Origin: a virus
Taxonomy: Duplodnaviria; Heunggongvirae; Uroviricota; Caudoviricetes
IMG/VR virus record: IMGVR_UViG_3300020451_002055
Strand: one strand, 5' to 3'
Length of the DNA stretch: 64,000 nucleotides
Of the stretch, positions 1-8,663 are shown one piece after another. A program made the position numbers and the translations under genes. Under the pieces are notes generated by a model. The model did not search any database. It was given only the letters and a program-made list of their open reading frames with translations, and was not told where the DNA came from. Numbering within the stretch: position 1 is the stretch's first letter; each line of letters begins with the position of its first letter.

Positions 1-128
1 GCTTCCTCTACACCATCTTCGCTGACGGAATTGCGGCTATCTGGAACTCGATCTACCACGGAATCGGTAAGCGACTGCAGGCGATCTCTGATCGCAAGTT
101 CAAGGGCGCAGACGCCGATTTCGAGTAA
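1..128 (+). CDS. 3' end of a CDS truncated by the window edge
   Basis: Open frame from position 3 (FLYTIFADGIAAIWNSIYHGIGKRLQAISDRKFKGADADFE*), stop TAA at 126-128, followed by a terminator. Confidence 0.6.
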   Translation, partial: FLYTIFADGIAAIWNSIYHGIGKRLQAISDRKFKGADADFE

Positions 129-150
129 ACAGCCTCTCTCTCTTTCCCAT

Positions 151-188
151 AGATCGCCGGAGCCCGAAAAGCTTCGGCGATCTTTTTT
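151..188 (+). terminator. Rho-independent terminator
   Basis: AGATCGCCGGAGC/GCTTCGGCGATCT hairpin followed by a T run. Confidence 0.8.
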
Positions 189-212
189 CGTGTATTGTTG
201 GAGGAATAATCC

Positions 213-240
213 TTGACTGTCGAGTATTTGGGTATACGCT
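213..240 (+). promoter_or_regulatory. Putative sigma70-type promoter for the tRNA-Glu cluster
   Basis: TTGACT-N16-TACGCT just after a terminator. Confidence 0.4.
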
Positions 241-381
241 TCGGCGACCAAAGGATTTTGACCATGAACAGCTTCGGCTCCAACAAGTTCAGGCGAGAAG
301 AACGTAGAGAACGCTAATCTTGCGCACTCCGTTCGTCCTTTGACACCCCTTTACAACTGAGTTCGCAAGATCGACCCTCCT

Positions 382-454
382 GCCGCCATCGTCTAGTCGG
401 GCAGGATAGCTGCCTCTCAAGCAGCAGACGAGGGTTCGATTCCCTCTGGCGGCA
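382..454 (+). tRNA. tRNA-Glu(CTC)
   Basis: Acceptor GCCGCCA/TGGCGGC, anticodon arm GCTGC-CTCTCAA-GCAGC, T loop GGTTCGATT; no encoded CCA. Confidence 0.92.
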
Positions 455-470
455 CTTCAAAATCAGGTAC

Positions 471-542
471 GGCCCCGTCTTCTAGTGGTCAGGAATCCGG
501 ACTCTCACTCCGGCAACGGCGGTTCGAATCCGCTCGGGGTCA
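471..542 (+). tRNA. tRNA-Glu(CTC)
   Basis: Acceptor GGCCCCG/CGGGGTC, anticodon arm CCGGA-CTCTCAC-TCCGG, GGTTCGAATCC. Confidence 0.93.
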
Positions 543-548
543 TTCATA

Positions 549-623
549 GGCGCTGTAGTTTCTGCTGGTAGAAACGCTGGTCTTTCAAGCCGGAGTCCGA
601 GGGTTCGATCCCCTTCAGCGTCA
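549..623 (+). tRNA. tRNA-Glu(TTC)
   Basis: Acceptor GGCGCTG/CAGCGTC, anticodon arm CTGGT-CTTTCAA-GCCGG, GGTTCGATCC. Confidence 0.88.
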
Positions 624-663
624 TTTGTAGGTGAAAGCTGTTTTGGGTATCTTGGCAAAGCAA

Positions 664-1120
664 ATGAAGACTTGTTCAAAATGCAAAGAAAGCAAACTTG
701 AAGAATGCTTTGCTAAAAAGACCAAAGGTAAATTGCAGCCTTGGTGTAAGAACTGTAACAGGTCGTATCAAAAGAGCCATTACAAAGCAAATAAGCAGAA
801 GAGAGTTTCTCAGGTAAATGAGTACAAGAAAGATCGAAGACTACAACTCAGGCAAAGACTTTATCAGTTCTTGCTTGAAAACCCATGCGTAGACTGCGGA
901 GAAAATGATCCTGTCGTTCTTGAGTTTGACCATGTTCGAGGACAAAAAAACAAGCGACATAAGCTCCATGATCGGCCAATGCTCTTCATGGGACAGGATA
1001 CAAGATGAAATAGCGAAATGCGAAGTACGATGCGCCAATTGCCATCGAAAACAAACAGCAATACGTCAAGGCTGGAAAGTGCAATGGCAGCAAGCAGGAG
1101 AAGATTTCAATGTCAGATAG
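664..1120 (+). pseudogene. HNH homing endonuclease, frameshifted at an A7 run (944-950)
   Basis: N-terminal Zn finger (CSKC..CKNC) and CVDC..LEFDH in one frame; KTSDIS..KCEVRCANCH in the +1 frame. Removing one A fuses them into an intact HNH like 6520..6882. Confidence 0.85.
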
Positions 1121-1409
1121 TGAACAACAAGAGATTCGTCTGCATGGTCCTCATCCGGGCCTTCTCGGAGCCGCTGCTCCGATACCCGAGGAACTACGGC
1201 TTGCAGCCAATGAGCTTGATGGGAAGACCATGAAGCAGATTGATGCTTGGCATGCTCTCAACCGGGTGGCAGTTGAGCTACCGGGTGTCGAACTCAAAGA
1301 ACGCAACTCTTGTTTCCTCGCGACGCTTATGAGTGACGGTCGTCCTGTTCATTGTTGGAGAGTTATCAGTTTCGAGCCAACCGAAGTCGCAGGTGGCAAC
1401 AGCGAGTGA
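1110..1409 (+). CDS. hypothetical protein
   Basis: ORF overlapping the HNH stop, collinear with neighbours. Confidence 0.65.
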   Translation: MSDSEQQEIRLHGPHPGLLGAAAPIPEELRLAANELDGKTMKQIDAWHALNRVAVELPGVELKERNSCFLATLMSDGRPVHCWRVISFEPTEVAGGNSE

Positions 1410-1444
1410 TATACTGAGGCTGTCGTAAAGGGCAGCCGTTTGAA

Positions 1445-1519
1445 GGCCCTATCGTCTAGTCAGGTCTAGGACTCCAGGTTTTCATCCTGGCAACCGGGGT
1501 TCAAATCCCCGTAGGGTCA
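1445..1519 (+). tRNA. tRNA-Glu(TTC)
   Basis: Acceptor GGCCCTA/TAGGGTC, anticodon arm CCAGG-TTTTCAT-CCTGG, GGTTCAAATCC. Confidence 0.93.
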
Positions 1520-1532
1520 TTGGAGATTGAAG

Positions 1533-1712
1533 ATGACAACGCAAGCAGAGCATCCCGAACAGATCGTCAGCCGTACCGAACTCGTCGAGATCCTGATTCG
1601 AGAGAACGGATGCGCCGAGGACGATGCTCAGACGCAAGCAAGCCTCGCCGGTCCCACCGGCCTCATCGTCAAGGGAACTCGCTACATCGTCGGCAAGGGC
1701 GAAGACGACTAA
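1533..1712 (+). CDS. small hypothetical protein
   Basis: GGAG RBS, ATG 1533; stop overlaps next RBS. Confidence 0.65.
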   Translation: MTTQAEHPEQIVSRTELVEILIRENGCAEDDAQTQASLAGPTGLIVKGTRYIVGKGEDD

Positions 1713-1723
1713 GGAGAGGCTTT

Positions 1724-2494
1724 ATGACCGCTGAAACCAAGCGAAAGACGACCTTCATTAGCGAAGGGCCGGATTGGGTCGAAATCGACTCAGACAATAA
1801 TGAGATCAGCCGAGTTCGTAAGCCGACGTTTGAAACAGGCCATGTCATCAAGCCATTCGCCATCTACGGCGGCTACATTCTGAGGGAAATCGCCGGGCAC
1901 GCCGAAGGAACTCGGGTTGGAATCATGACGGTTCCCGGCGGCAAGCTCTACATTCTCAAAGATGGAGAGCAGATTCATCTCGATGCAAAGGCAGGAGAAG
2001 ACTTTGACTTCGATGTGCCGATCAGTGTCATCGAAGAAGCTCCTGATCGAGACGACGATGATCTTCAGATCGATGATCGAGAACGAGTCGCTGACATGCT
2101 CAAGCAGGTCGAAGACGCCGAAGCTGCGATGGAAGAGCATGCCATCGTCGGGGCTGATCTGATCGCGGAAATGATCGCTGCAGAACAGATCAATATGAAG
2201 CCTGAGAATGCTCGGGTTGAAATCTTTCACGGCAACGGAACTCACTCGGACGATGGTTGCCTTATCATCTACGATGATTCAAAAGTTCTGAAGTACGAAA
2301 AGGTCAACATCAAGAAAATGGTCGAGTCTGGTCAGATGCCAGGCTTCATTGTTAAACCTGATCAAGCCGTTCAACTTCTCTTTCTTGCATTGCAAGCGAG
2401 AGAGGCTTTGATGATGCCGAAAGCTTCGATGCAGTTGAGGCTGGGCGTTGCTCATGATCTCTTCAATATCCTCGAAGAAATCGGGATCATCTAA
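1724..2494 (+). CDS. hypothetical protein
   Basis: AGGAGAGG RBS then ATG 1724 (MTAETKRK); upstream extension in ORF track rejected. Confidence 0.8.
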   Translation: MTAETKRKTTFISEGPDWVEIDSDNNEISRVRKPTFETGHVIKPFAIYGGYILREIAGHAEGTRVGIMTVPGGKLYILKDGEQIHLDAKAGEDFDFDVPISVIEEAPDRDDDDLQIDDRERVADMLKQVEDAEAAMEEHAIVGADLIAEMIAAEQINMKPENARVEIFHGNGTHSDDGCLIIYDDSKVLKYEKVNIKKMVESGQMPGFIVKPDQAVQLLFLALQAREALMMPKASMQLRLGVAHDLFNILEEIGII

Positions 2495-2718
2495 TGATCA
2501 GCGAACTACACGATGAGGCGCATCTGATTGCAGATTGCCGAAACGATGATGTGATTGTTGCAGCGCATGCTTTGGCAGAAAGGACAAAAGAATCACGGGT
2601 CTTGCAAGAAATGGTCAAGTTGCATCAGGAAATCAAGACTCAGAACGCAGCAGATGAGAATGGCGGTGTCAACATGATCATCAATACAGATGAATATGCA
2701 TACGCCATCATTGGATAA
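2494..2718 (+). CDS. hypothetical protein
   Basis: TAATG stop/start overlap. Confidence 0.65.
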   Translation: MISELHDEAHLIADCRNDDVIVAAHALAERTKESRVLQEMVKLHQEIKTQNAADENGGVNMIINTDEYAYAIIG

Positions 2719-2719
2719 T

Positions 2720-2793
2720 GCTCTCGTAGCTCAGTTGGATAGAGCATCGGTTTCCTAAACCGAAGGTCGTTGGTTCGAGCCCAACCGGGAGTG
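2720..2793 (+). tRNA. tRNA-Arg(CCT)
   Basis: GCTCTCG/CGGGAGT acceptor, TCGGT-TTCCTAA-ACCGA arm, GGTTCGAGCC. Confidence 0.93.
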
Positions 2794-2797
2794 CTTT

Positions 2798-3118
2798 ATG
2801 AGTACGAATCTTTCAGACATGACGCCTGCCGAGCTTGATGCTGAGATCGGAAAGCTTGAAGCTCAGATTGAACACATCAAGCAGGTCAAATCTGAAGTTG
2901 AAAGTCTGACGCCTGCGCAGCAGCTTGCAACTGCTTTGCATAAGAGGCAATGCCGCCATAACCATACAGACGGTTGCGGATGGTATTACGAGAAGTGGAC
3001 TGACTGCCAAGGGAAATACTCATCAAAGAGAACCTGGGTCGAGAGAGCAGAAAAACTGCTCGCGACCGGTAAGTCAATGGAAGAGCTTATCGAGATCGCG
3101 GACCTGATGAGAGGATAG
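2798..3118 (+). CDS. hypothetical phage protein (CxxNHxDGC motif)
   Basis: Coiled-coil N-terminus, CRHNHTDGCGWYYE motif. Confidence 0.75.
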   Translation: MSTNLSDMTPAELDAEIGKLEAQIEHIKQVKSEVESLTPAQQLATALHKRQCRHNHTDGCGWYYEKWTDCQGKYSSKRTWVERAEKLLATGKSMEELIEIADLMRG

Positions 3119-4151
3119 GAGCAAAACCGACCCCTGATCCATTATAGTAACGGGTAGCAATCGATTGCTTGATTGGCAGCGGAACCTTCCGGCCAATCTG
3201 GCCGATAGCCGCCTGCACATCAATGATGCCGTTTCCGTATTTGGCATCTTTACCCGCATCACCTAGATCAATGGAGGTCTTTCTAAGATGCTCTCGAACG
3301 TCCTCGACCGTGTTGACCGGAGTTCTACCGCCGAACTTTCTATGCTTGGCAATCATCAGGGCAACAATACCCGTTATCCAAGGAGTCGCAAACGAGGTGC
3401 CCGACGATCGGCGGTATTCGCTGCCCGGAAACGTACTGCGAACGTCAACGCCGGGGGCGACGAAATCGAGGTTAGGGCCAGTGTTGCTGAAGTCTGCTTT
3501 CAGGACATCCCTATCGACAGCCCCTACCGCAATGGTCTCCCTGTAAGCAGCAGGCCAAACGACATCGCTATGCTCGTCGAGGCCGAAATTGCCCGCTGCG
3601 CAGATCATCGGGATGTCAGCTTCGTAAGCCCGGCGTACCGCATCGGTCAGCCAGGTATTGTTCGCGCTCATGTAGATCGAGAAGTTGATGATATCGACGC
3701 CATCGTCGATGGCCTGATGGATTCCATTCAGGATATCGTCGTAGCTTCCGCCTGCTTCGGCGTTGAGGCAACGGTAGGGTCTGACTTGAGCCTTCGGTGC
3801 AACTCCATGTACGCCGTGGCCGTTGCGTTTGGCACAGATGATGCCGGTAACGAACGTTCCGTGGCCGTGTTCATCCGACATCGGACTATCCGGGTTCACA
3901 AAAGCCTTACCCGGAAGAAGATTACCCGTCAAGTCAACATGATTGATGTCGCAACCGGAGTCGATGACTCCGACGACAACGCCCTCTCCTTCGGTCTGAT
4001 GCCAGACAGAAGGGACATGGTAGTTAGCGATCTGGTATGCGCTCTCGTTCTCCCAAGAACGAGGGTCCACGATGTCATCTGCTCCCGCAGCTTTGGCCGA
4101 GTAGTTCATGCCCTTCTTTTCTGTCTCAAGTACCTCCTTTCCTCCATGCAT
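3087..4151 (-). CDS. S8 (subtilisin-like) serine peptidase
   Basis: Catalytic motifs VIDSG, HGHGTFVTG, AAGN, SGTSFATP; start may be the ATG at 4109. Confidence 0.93.
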   Translation of the reverse strand: MHGGKEVLETEKKGMNYSAKAAGADDIVDPRSWENESAYQIANYHVPSVWHQTEGEGVVVGVIDSGCDINHVDLTGNLLPGKAFVNPDSPMSDEHGHGTFVTGIICAKRNGHGVHGVAPKAQVRPYRCLNAEAGGSYDDILNGIHQAIDDGVDIINFSIYMSANNTWLTDAVRRAYEADIPMICAAGNFGLDEHSDVVWPAAYRETIAVGAVDRDVLKADFSNTGPNLDFVAPGVDVRSTFPGSEYRRSSGTSFATPWITGIVALMIAKHRKFGGRTPVNTVEDVREHLRKTSIDLGDAGKDAKYGNGIIDVQAAIGQIGRKVPLPIKQSIATRYYNGSGVGFAPILSSGPRSR

Positions 4152-4329
4152 TCCGCAAAGCGAGTGAAAGACGACGGCGATAGCATGGCAACATGGAACG
4201 ACTCGTCTTCTTCATCGGACTCACTCTGTTCATTCTCGGAATCGCCGGATGCAGCTTCCATGAGGGCAACACCGAGCCTATGGGGTGGGCTGCTTTCATC
4301 GGTTTTTTGATGATGAGCGGCGATATTAG

Positions 4330-4953
4330 TTGGAACTCAAGCAGAGAATCCAAAGGAAACTGACCGTGCCTTGGCGATACTGGAAACCGGAACTCAACTG
4401 CGATAAGACCTTGCAAGAGGTTCTTGATACCATGCCTAGGGATCCTGCGAACAAGATTCCTTGGCAGGTCAAGATGTTTGAGAATCCCGGCAGTCCTCTC
4501 GCCATTCCGGGTGCGATCGATCTCTTCGGGCACGACTGCCTTCATGCCCTTCTCTGCACTTCGTTCTATACGCAATGCGAAGCTTGGACCATCGGCTTTA
4601 CGATGGGAACCTGCGACGGACTGAAAGACTGGCACATCAATCTCCTCAAGCTCTGGTCTCGCTCCTATCCGGGCGAATACCGTCTTGGAGGAGATGACCT
4701 TCATCACCTTGATGAGGGCATTGCATTCGGCAGGCGAGCAGCGCGTCATGAGTCTCGTTGCCGCAACATCAATCAGTTCAATTTCCGCGATCCAAAAATC
4801 CTCGCTATGAAGATGAGCGATCTGCGAGAGATGTTCGGTCTCGACTGGATTGATGAAGATCACGAGTATCAGGATTGGGCGTTGAAGCGATGGTCGGACA
4901 AACCGCTGATGAGCAGATGTCCGTATGAAGACGGCGTTCTTGAAAAGGCGTAA
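4330..4953 (+). CDS. Coq4-like metal-binding protein
   Basis: HDCLH-x11-E matches the Coq4 HDxxH-x11-E motif. Confidence 0.6.
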   Translation: MELKQRIQRKLTVPWRYWKPELNCDKTLQEVLDTMPRDPANKIPWQVKMFENPGSPLAIPGAIDLFGHDCLHALLCTSFYTQCEAWTIGFTMGTCDGLKDWHINLLKLWSRSYPGEYRLGGDDLHHLDEGIAFGRRAARHESRCRNINQFNFRDPKILAMKMSDLREMFGLDWIDEDHEYQDWALKRWSDKPLMSRCPYEDGVLEKA

Positions 4954-4955
4954 AG

Positions 4956-5384
4956 ATGGGCGTTACCTACACGGCGTACATGGCGATCGGTCTGCGTCTC
5001 GATGGCGAAAGACTGTACGAAGACAAGCTGGTCAAGCGCGGCGAGCATGACTTCGATTCATCGGTTCTCTTTCATCCTCAGACAGGAGAGAAGCTTTGGG
5101 CTTCCGAGAGGTTTCCTCTCGATGGCTCTGAGTATATCGATGATACCTTCGGTCCGTTCGAATATGCAGGAGAAGATAGCTGCGAACGAAGCGATTGGAA
5201 GGCCGTTGTCGGTAGGGTCTTGACAAAAGAGACCGCCTACTACGACGAGAAGCAGAAAGCTCCGATCGACCTGAACGAGATCGATTTGAACAATCTCAAG
5301 AGCGAACTCCGCGATTACTTTGAGCCCCTTGGACTGTGGGACGAATCGCAGTTCGGAGCTTGGCTCATCATGAGAGTTTGCTGA
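4956..5384 (+). CDS. hypothetical protein
   Basis: Tightly packed collinear ORF. Confidence 0.75.
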   Translation: MGVTYTAYMAIGLRLDGERLYEDKLVKRGEHDFDSSVLFHPQTGEKLWASERFPLDGSEYIDDTFGPFEYAGEDSCERSDWKAVVGRVLTKETAYYDEKQKAPIDLNEIDLNNLKSELRDYFEPLGLWDESQFGAWLIMRVC

Positions 5385-5441
5385 ATGTAAGTTGCTGGTG
5401 TCAACGGCATCGCTTATATTCTCATCAGAGGAAAATCATCT

Positions 5442-5882
5442 ATGACAGCAGTTCTTACGCCATCCTCAACCCGCGTCGTCGAAGGCCTCTTTACCGAGGC
5501 ATCTTCCGAGGCGGACCTCAACATGGGTCGCATCATCAGCGATGCGTTCCGTATGTCTGGCGTTTACTGCCCCGACTGCGATTACCCGCAAAACGCAGAA
5601 GAGTATGAGCGTTTGCTCATCCGGTACATTCCGGCTTGCATTCATGCCCATCGAGCAAAAATCCGTTACGAGCATTACGGATACAGGTTCATGAGCTTCA
5701 GCAACAAAACAGAACACGAAGCTTACCTCGAAATGGTTCGAGCAGATCAAATTATGCATGACATCAGGCGAGAGATGAAACCTTTCGCTCCCTGTAGTCA
5801 TTGTCGAGTTCGCTTCAACCCAACGTCGAGGTTGAGGCATGGTCCCCAGAGGTTTCCCTCTATCAAGGAGTTCATGGAATGA
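5442..5882 (+). CDS. hypothetical protein with two CxxC motifs
   Basis: CPDC and CSHC; GAGG RBS. Confidence 0.7.
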   Translation: MTAVLTPSSTRVVEGLFTEASSEADLNMGRIISDAFRMSGVYCPDCDYPQNAEEYERLLIRYIPACIHAHRAKIRYEHYGYRFMSFSNKTEHEAYLEMVRADQIMHDIRREMKPFAPCSHCRVRFNPTSRLRHGPQRFPSIKEFME

Positions 5883-6304
5883 GCGACGAAGGTACTACGA
5901 CCGCCCCAACTCTGCCGCACGCGGTGCAGATTCGAGCGGATGTCAAGAAACGAGTCAGCGATGACTGCAAGAGCGGAGTAGTTCGCGATCGCATCGTCAA
6001 CCAACTCGCCGAGGAAGAGATCGACAAGCGCACGAAGGCGCTTGCCGCTGCTCTGACGAAGCGCGATGAGATCCAGCGCGATATCGACAAGATCACGAAG
6101 AACCCGGGTCAGAAGACCTTCACCATCGCTACGGATGGCTCCGGCAAGGTTGACCTCAAGAAGCCGGATACGGCCACCTTCGACGAGAGCCAGGCCAAGG
6201 AGTACAACCAGCTTCTTGACCGTCTCGAAAAGGTGGACAAGGCGATCGAGATGGCGATGAACCCGGACAACCCGGACTTCACCAAGCTCAAAGACCTGAA
6301 GTAA
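5879..6304 (+). CDS. hypothetical coiled-coil protein
   Basis: ATGA overlap (MSDEGTT), AGGAG RBS, biased codons, terminator downstream. Confidence 0.8.
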   Translation: MSDEGTTTAPTLPHAVQIRADVKKRVSDDCKSGVVRDRIVNQLAEEEIDKRTKALAAALTKRDEIQRDIDKITKNPGQKTFTIATDGSGKVDLKKPDTATFDESQAKEYNQLLDRLEKVDKAIEMAMNPDNPDFTKLKDLK

Positions 6305-6327
6305 CTCCATTCCCGTTCTCAGGTCTC

Positions 6328-6350
6328 CCGCCCAACGTAGGGCGGTTTTT
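6328..6350 (+). terminator. Rho-independent terminator
   Basis: CCGCCC-AACGTA-GGGCGG-TTTTT. Confidence 0.7.
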
Positions 6351-6377
6351 GTTCCGGTAGCTCAACTGGATAGAGCA
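6351..6377 (+). pseudogene. 5' half of an interrupted tRNA-Arg(TCT)
   Basis: GTTCCGG-TA-GCTC-AACTGGATA-GAGC-A is an acceptor strand plus D arm; GTTCCGG pairs with CCGGAGC at 6910-6916. Confidence 0.85.
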
Positions 6378-6875
6378 GGAGCAGTAGGGCGGTAGCTTAA
6401 TTGGATAAAGCAACGGTCTTCTAAACCGTCGAGTGCGGGTTCGAGTCCCGCCCGCCCTGTTCAGTAGATTAGAAGGAGTTATTCTAATCTGTCCGTATTC
6501 ATAGTCAGGAGGTCTGACTATGGATACCAAGCATTGCCCGAAGTGTGATACCGAAAAGAGTCTCGAAGAGTTCTACAAGAAAGGAGCAGATCGCTACCAG
6601 CCTTATTGCAAGTCTTGTTTCAACCAATATTGCCAAGATCGATGGAGAAGGCGAAAGGTTGAAGCAATCAAAGCAAAGGGAGGCAGGTGTAGTAAATGCG
6701 GATACGATAAAAACTACGCTGCTCTTGAGTTCCATCACCGAGACGATGAAGATAAAGAGATGGATTGGAGCAAGGCGAGATTAGCTTCGGAAAAGAGGAT
6801 GCTTGCGGAGCTTGACAAATGCGACTTGGTTTGTCGTAACTGTCATGCAGAACTTCATAACCCTCAAGGTATGAA
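6378..6875 (+). mobile_element. Inserted cassette (replacement tRNA-Arg plus HNH endonuclease) inside a tRNA-Arg gene
   Basis: Lies exactly between the two complementary halves of a tRNA-Arg(TCT). Confidence 0.7.
6386..6459 (+). tRNA. tRNA-Arg(TCT)
   Basis: AGGGCGG/CCGCCCT acceptor, ACGGT-CTTCTAA-ACCGT arm, GGTTCGAGTCC. Confidence 0.92.
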
Positions 6876-6882
6876 CTTCTAA
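6520..6882 (+). CDS. HNH homing endonuclease
   Basis: CPKC..CKSC Zn finger, CSKCG..ALEFHH..KCDLVCRNCH; AGGAGG RBS. Confidence 0.92.
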   Translation: MDTKHCPKCDTEKSLEEFYKKGADRYQPYCKSCFNQYCQDRWRRRKVEAIKAKGGRCSKCGYDKNYAALEFHHRDDEDKEMDWSKARLASEKRMLAELDKCDLVCRNCHAELHNPQGMNF

Positions 6883-6917
6883 ACCGTAGGTTGTGGGTTC
6901 GAGTCCCACCCGGAGCG
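6876..6917 (+). pseudogene. 3' half of interrupted tRNA-Arg(TCT)
   Basis: CTTCTAA loop, ACCGT, T arm GTGGG-TTCGAGT-CCCAC, CCGGAGC-G. Confidence 0.85.
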
Positions 6918-6976
6918 TTAGGTGGCATGTACTCTACAGCGGAGACTTAGGTTCGTGGGCAAGATCGGAGCCAACA

Positions 6977-7540
6977 GTGGATGCTCAGATGTTCAAAGGC
7001 ATTCTTGCTGACATCAAGGACGACGACCGATACAGACATGGGATCAGATTTCGAGCTAAAGGGCGGCGCAAACAATCCTCCATCAGCAACCACATTGCTG
7101 AGCTTGAAGCCAACCTGAATCAGCTCTCGGCGCGTCGGGGAATTTCGGAATATGAGTATTGGGCTCTTATGCTGCTCATTCATACTCATGATACGATGAA
7201 AATGCATGCTGTTCCGCATGCTAAGATCAGAGACAGATTCAGTCATTCTTCTCTCGCCCGCGACTTCGCTTCTGATTACTGCAGAGATGAAGACCTCTTG
7301 CAGATGATTCAGCAACATGAAGTCCCGTTCTCAATTTACAGGAAAGAACGCAAGGGCGAAGATGTCTCAGAAAAGCTTGACGAACTGTTCGGGTCAGTTC
7401 GGAACTGGCGTCTTTTCCTGATGTTCATCATCATTGATAACTGTATTTCAGGTAGTTCAAGACGACCTGTTTACTGGATTATCGAACAAGCGAACAAGAG
7501 ATTTGCTACGGGCATCGATGAGGATTGGGTTATTGACTAG
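6977..7540 (+). CDS. HD-domain phosphohydrolase
   Basis: H...HTHDTMK...HS...H...D pattern; GGAG then GTG 6977. Confidence 0.75.
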   Translation: MDAQMFKGILADIKDDDRYRHGIRFRAKGRRKQSSISNHIAELEANLNQLSARRGISEYEYWALMLLIHTHDTMKMHAVPHAKIRDRFSHSSLARDFASDYCRDEDLLQMIQQHEVPFSIYRKERKGEDVSEKLDELFGSVRNWRLFLMFIIIDNCISGSSRRPVYWIIEQANKRFATGIDEDWVID

Positions 7541-7575
7541 AAGCAGGTGGCGTAGCTTTCTGCGATAATGGACTC

Positions 7576-7941
7576 ATGAGACTTCTTGCCTCCATACTGA
7601 TTGCCGCATGCTTGCTTCTCTCTGGCTGCAGCGATCCTGTCAAAGACCTTGGTCATTCGTATAGATACTCCATCTCAGAGGCCTTCATCGTCGTCGAGGT
7701 CTACCATGACGAAGAAACGATTGGTCAGGAGTATGCTCTGGCGGTCTACAATATTACTTCGATCAAGGATTATGAAACCTACCAGGAGACTCCCTTTGTA
7801 GTCGTCAAGACCGCAGACGGGGAGTCGTTTTATCTGTACGACATCACCATGCGCGAGTTTTTGGCCCTGTCTGGCGAGGCAATGGGGCCATGGATGCTCG
7901 ATTTTCCTGCCTCGTCAGTACCTCAAAGGAGTAGTCCATGA
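7576..7941 (+). CDS. putative lipoprotein
   Basis: Signal peptide with lipobox LSGC. Confidence 0.75.
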   Translation: MRLLASILIAACLLLSGCSDPVKDLGHSYRYSISEAFIVVEVYHDEETIGQEYALAVYNITSIKDYETYQETPFVVVKTADGESFYLYDITMREFLALSGEAMGPWMLDFPASSVPQRSSP

Positions 7942-8663
7942 GTTTCTTTACAACGCAGAGAAAAGCGCCGACATTGTTTTGGTGCATGGTCATCGCGTTC
8001 ATCGCGTTGATGGCATTTCCCGCTGACGCATTCGGTCAGCGAAGCAGAAGCAGAAGCAGCGGGAGCCGCAGCAGCTACAAGCAACCCTCAAGGAACAAGA
8101 GCGCTTCGCAGAACCGTTCGAGAACCAACAAGCAGGCTCGACCGTCCCAGAAGAACAACAGCAGCAAAAGCTGGGGCAGCAGCAACAAGAGCAAGTCAAC
8201 GAAGGCAACCAAAGCCGATCGCGCTCTGCATGATCGAGCCAAGAAGCAGGGAACTCATTTCCAGAACCGACAGCAAGCGACGGCTGCATTTGCTACAAAG
8301 AAGGGACCGGAGCTTCGCGCGAAGAACCCGGTTCGCTTCGACAGCAAGCCAGCAACGAGGCCGAGCTACATTCCGCAGACCTATTCATCTGGCGGTAATA
8401 CATACAACATCTCTTACAATCCTGGCTACGGCGGGTACGGCTACATGAACGCATTGGGTACATGGGTCATGTATGACATCATGTGGAACCAGGCCTTCGT
8501 CAACAACCAGATGCGAACCTACGGCTACGCATACGGTCCTGCTCCATCTGCCGGGCCGGGTGCCGGAATGGTTCTCGGCATCATCGTCGGCGTCGTTGTC
8601 ATCGGAGGCGTTATCTTCTTCGTTGTCGCATCGAACAGCGAGAGCGAAAGCAGAGCCGCCTAA
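7938..8663 (+). CDS. secreted/membrane protein with Ser/Arg-rich and Gly/Tyr-rich segments
   Basis: N-terminal signal (ADA-FG), low-complexity middle, C-terminal TM helix. Confidence 0.8.
   Translation: MSFFTTQRKAPTLFWCMVIAFIALMAFPADAFGQRSRSRSSGSRSSYKQPSRNKSASQNRSRTNKQARPSQKNNSSKSWGSSNKSKSTKATKADRALHDRAKKQGTHFQNRQQATAAFATKKGPELRAKNPVRFDSKPATRPSYIPQTYSSGGNTYNISYNPGYGGYGYMNALGTWVMYDIMWNQAFVNNQMRTYGYAYGPAPSAGPGAGMVLGIIVGVVVIGGVIFFVVASNSESESRAA

Noticed and set aside
317-371. Hairpin ATCTTGCG…CGCAAGAT with a pyrimidine-rich loop, considered as another Y RNA
   Set aside because: It lacks the bulged NNNN(U)GA/UUNNNN helix and the GGUUAUC motif; more likely a tRNA-operon leader structure.
6378-6875. 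Group I intron in tRNA-Arg
   Set aside because: The insert is almost fully occupied by a tRNA and the HNH ORF, no catalytic core is visible, and the 5' anticodon-stem strand is missing.
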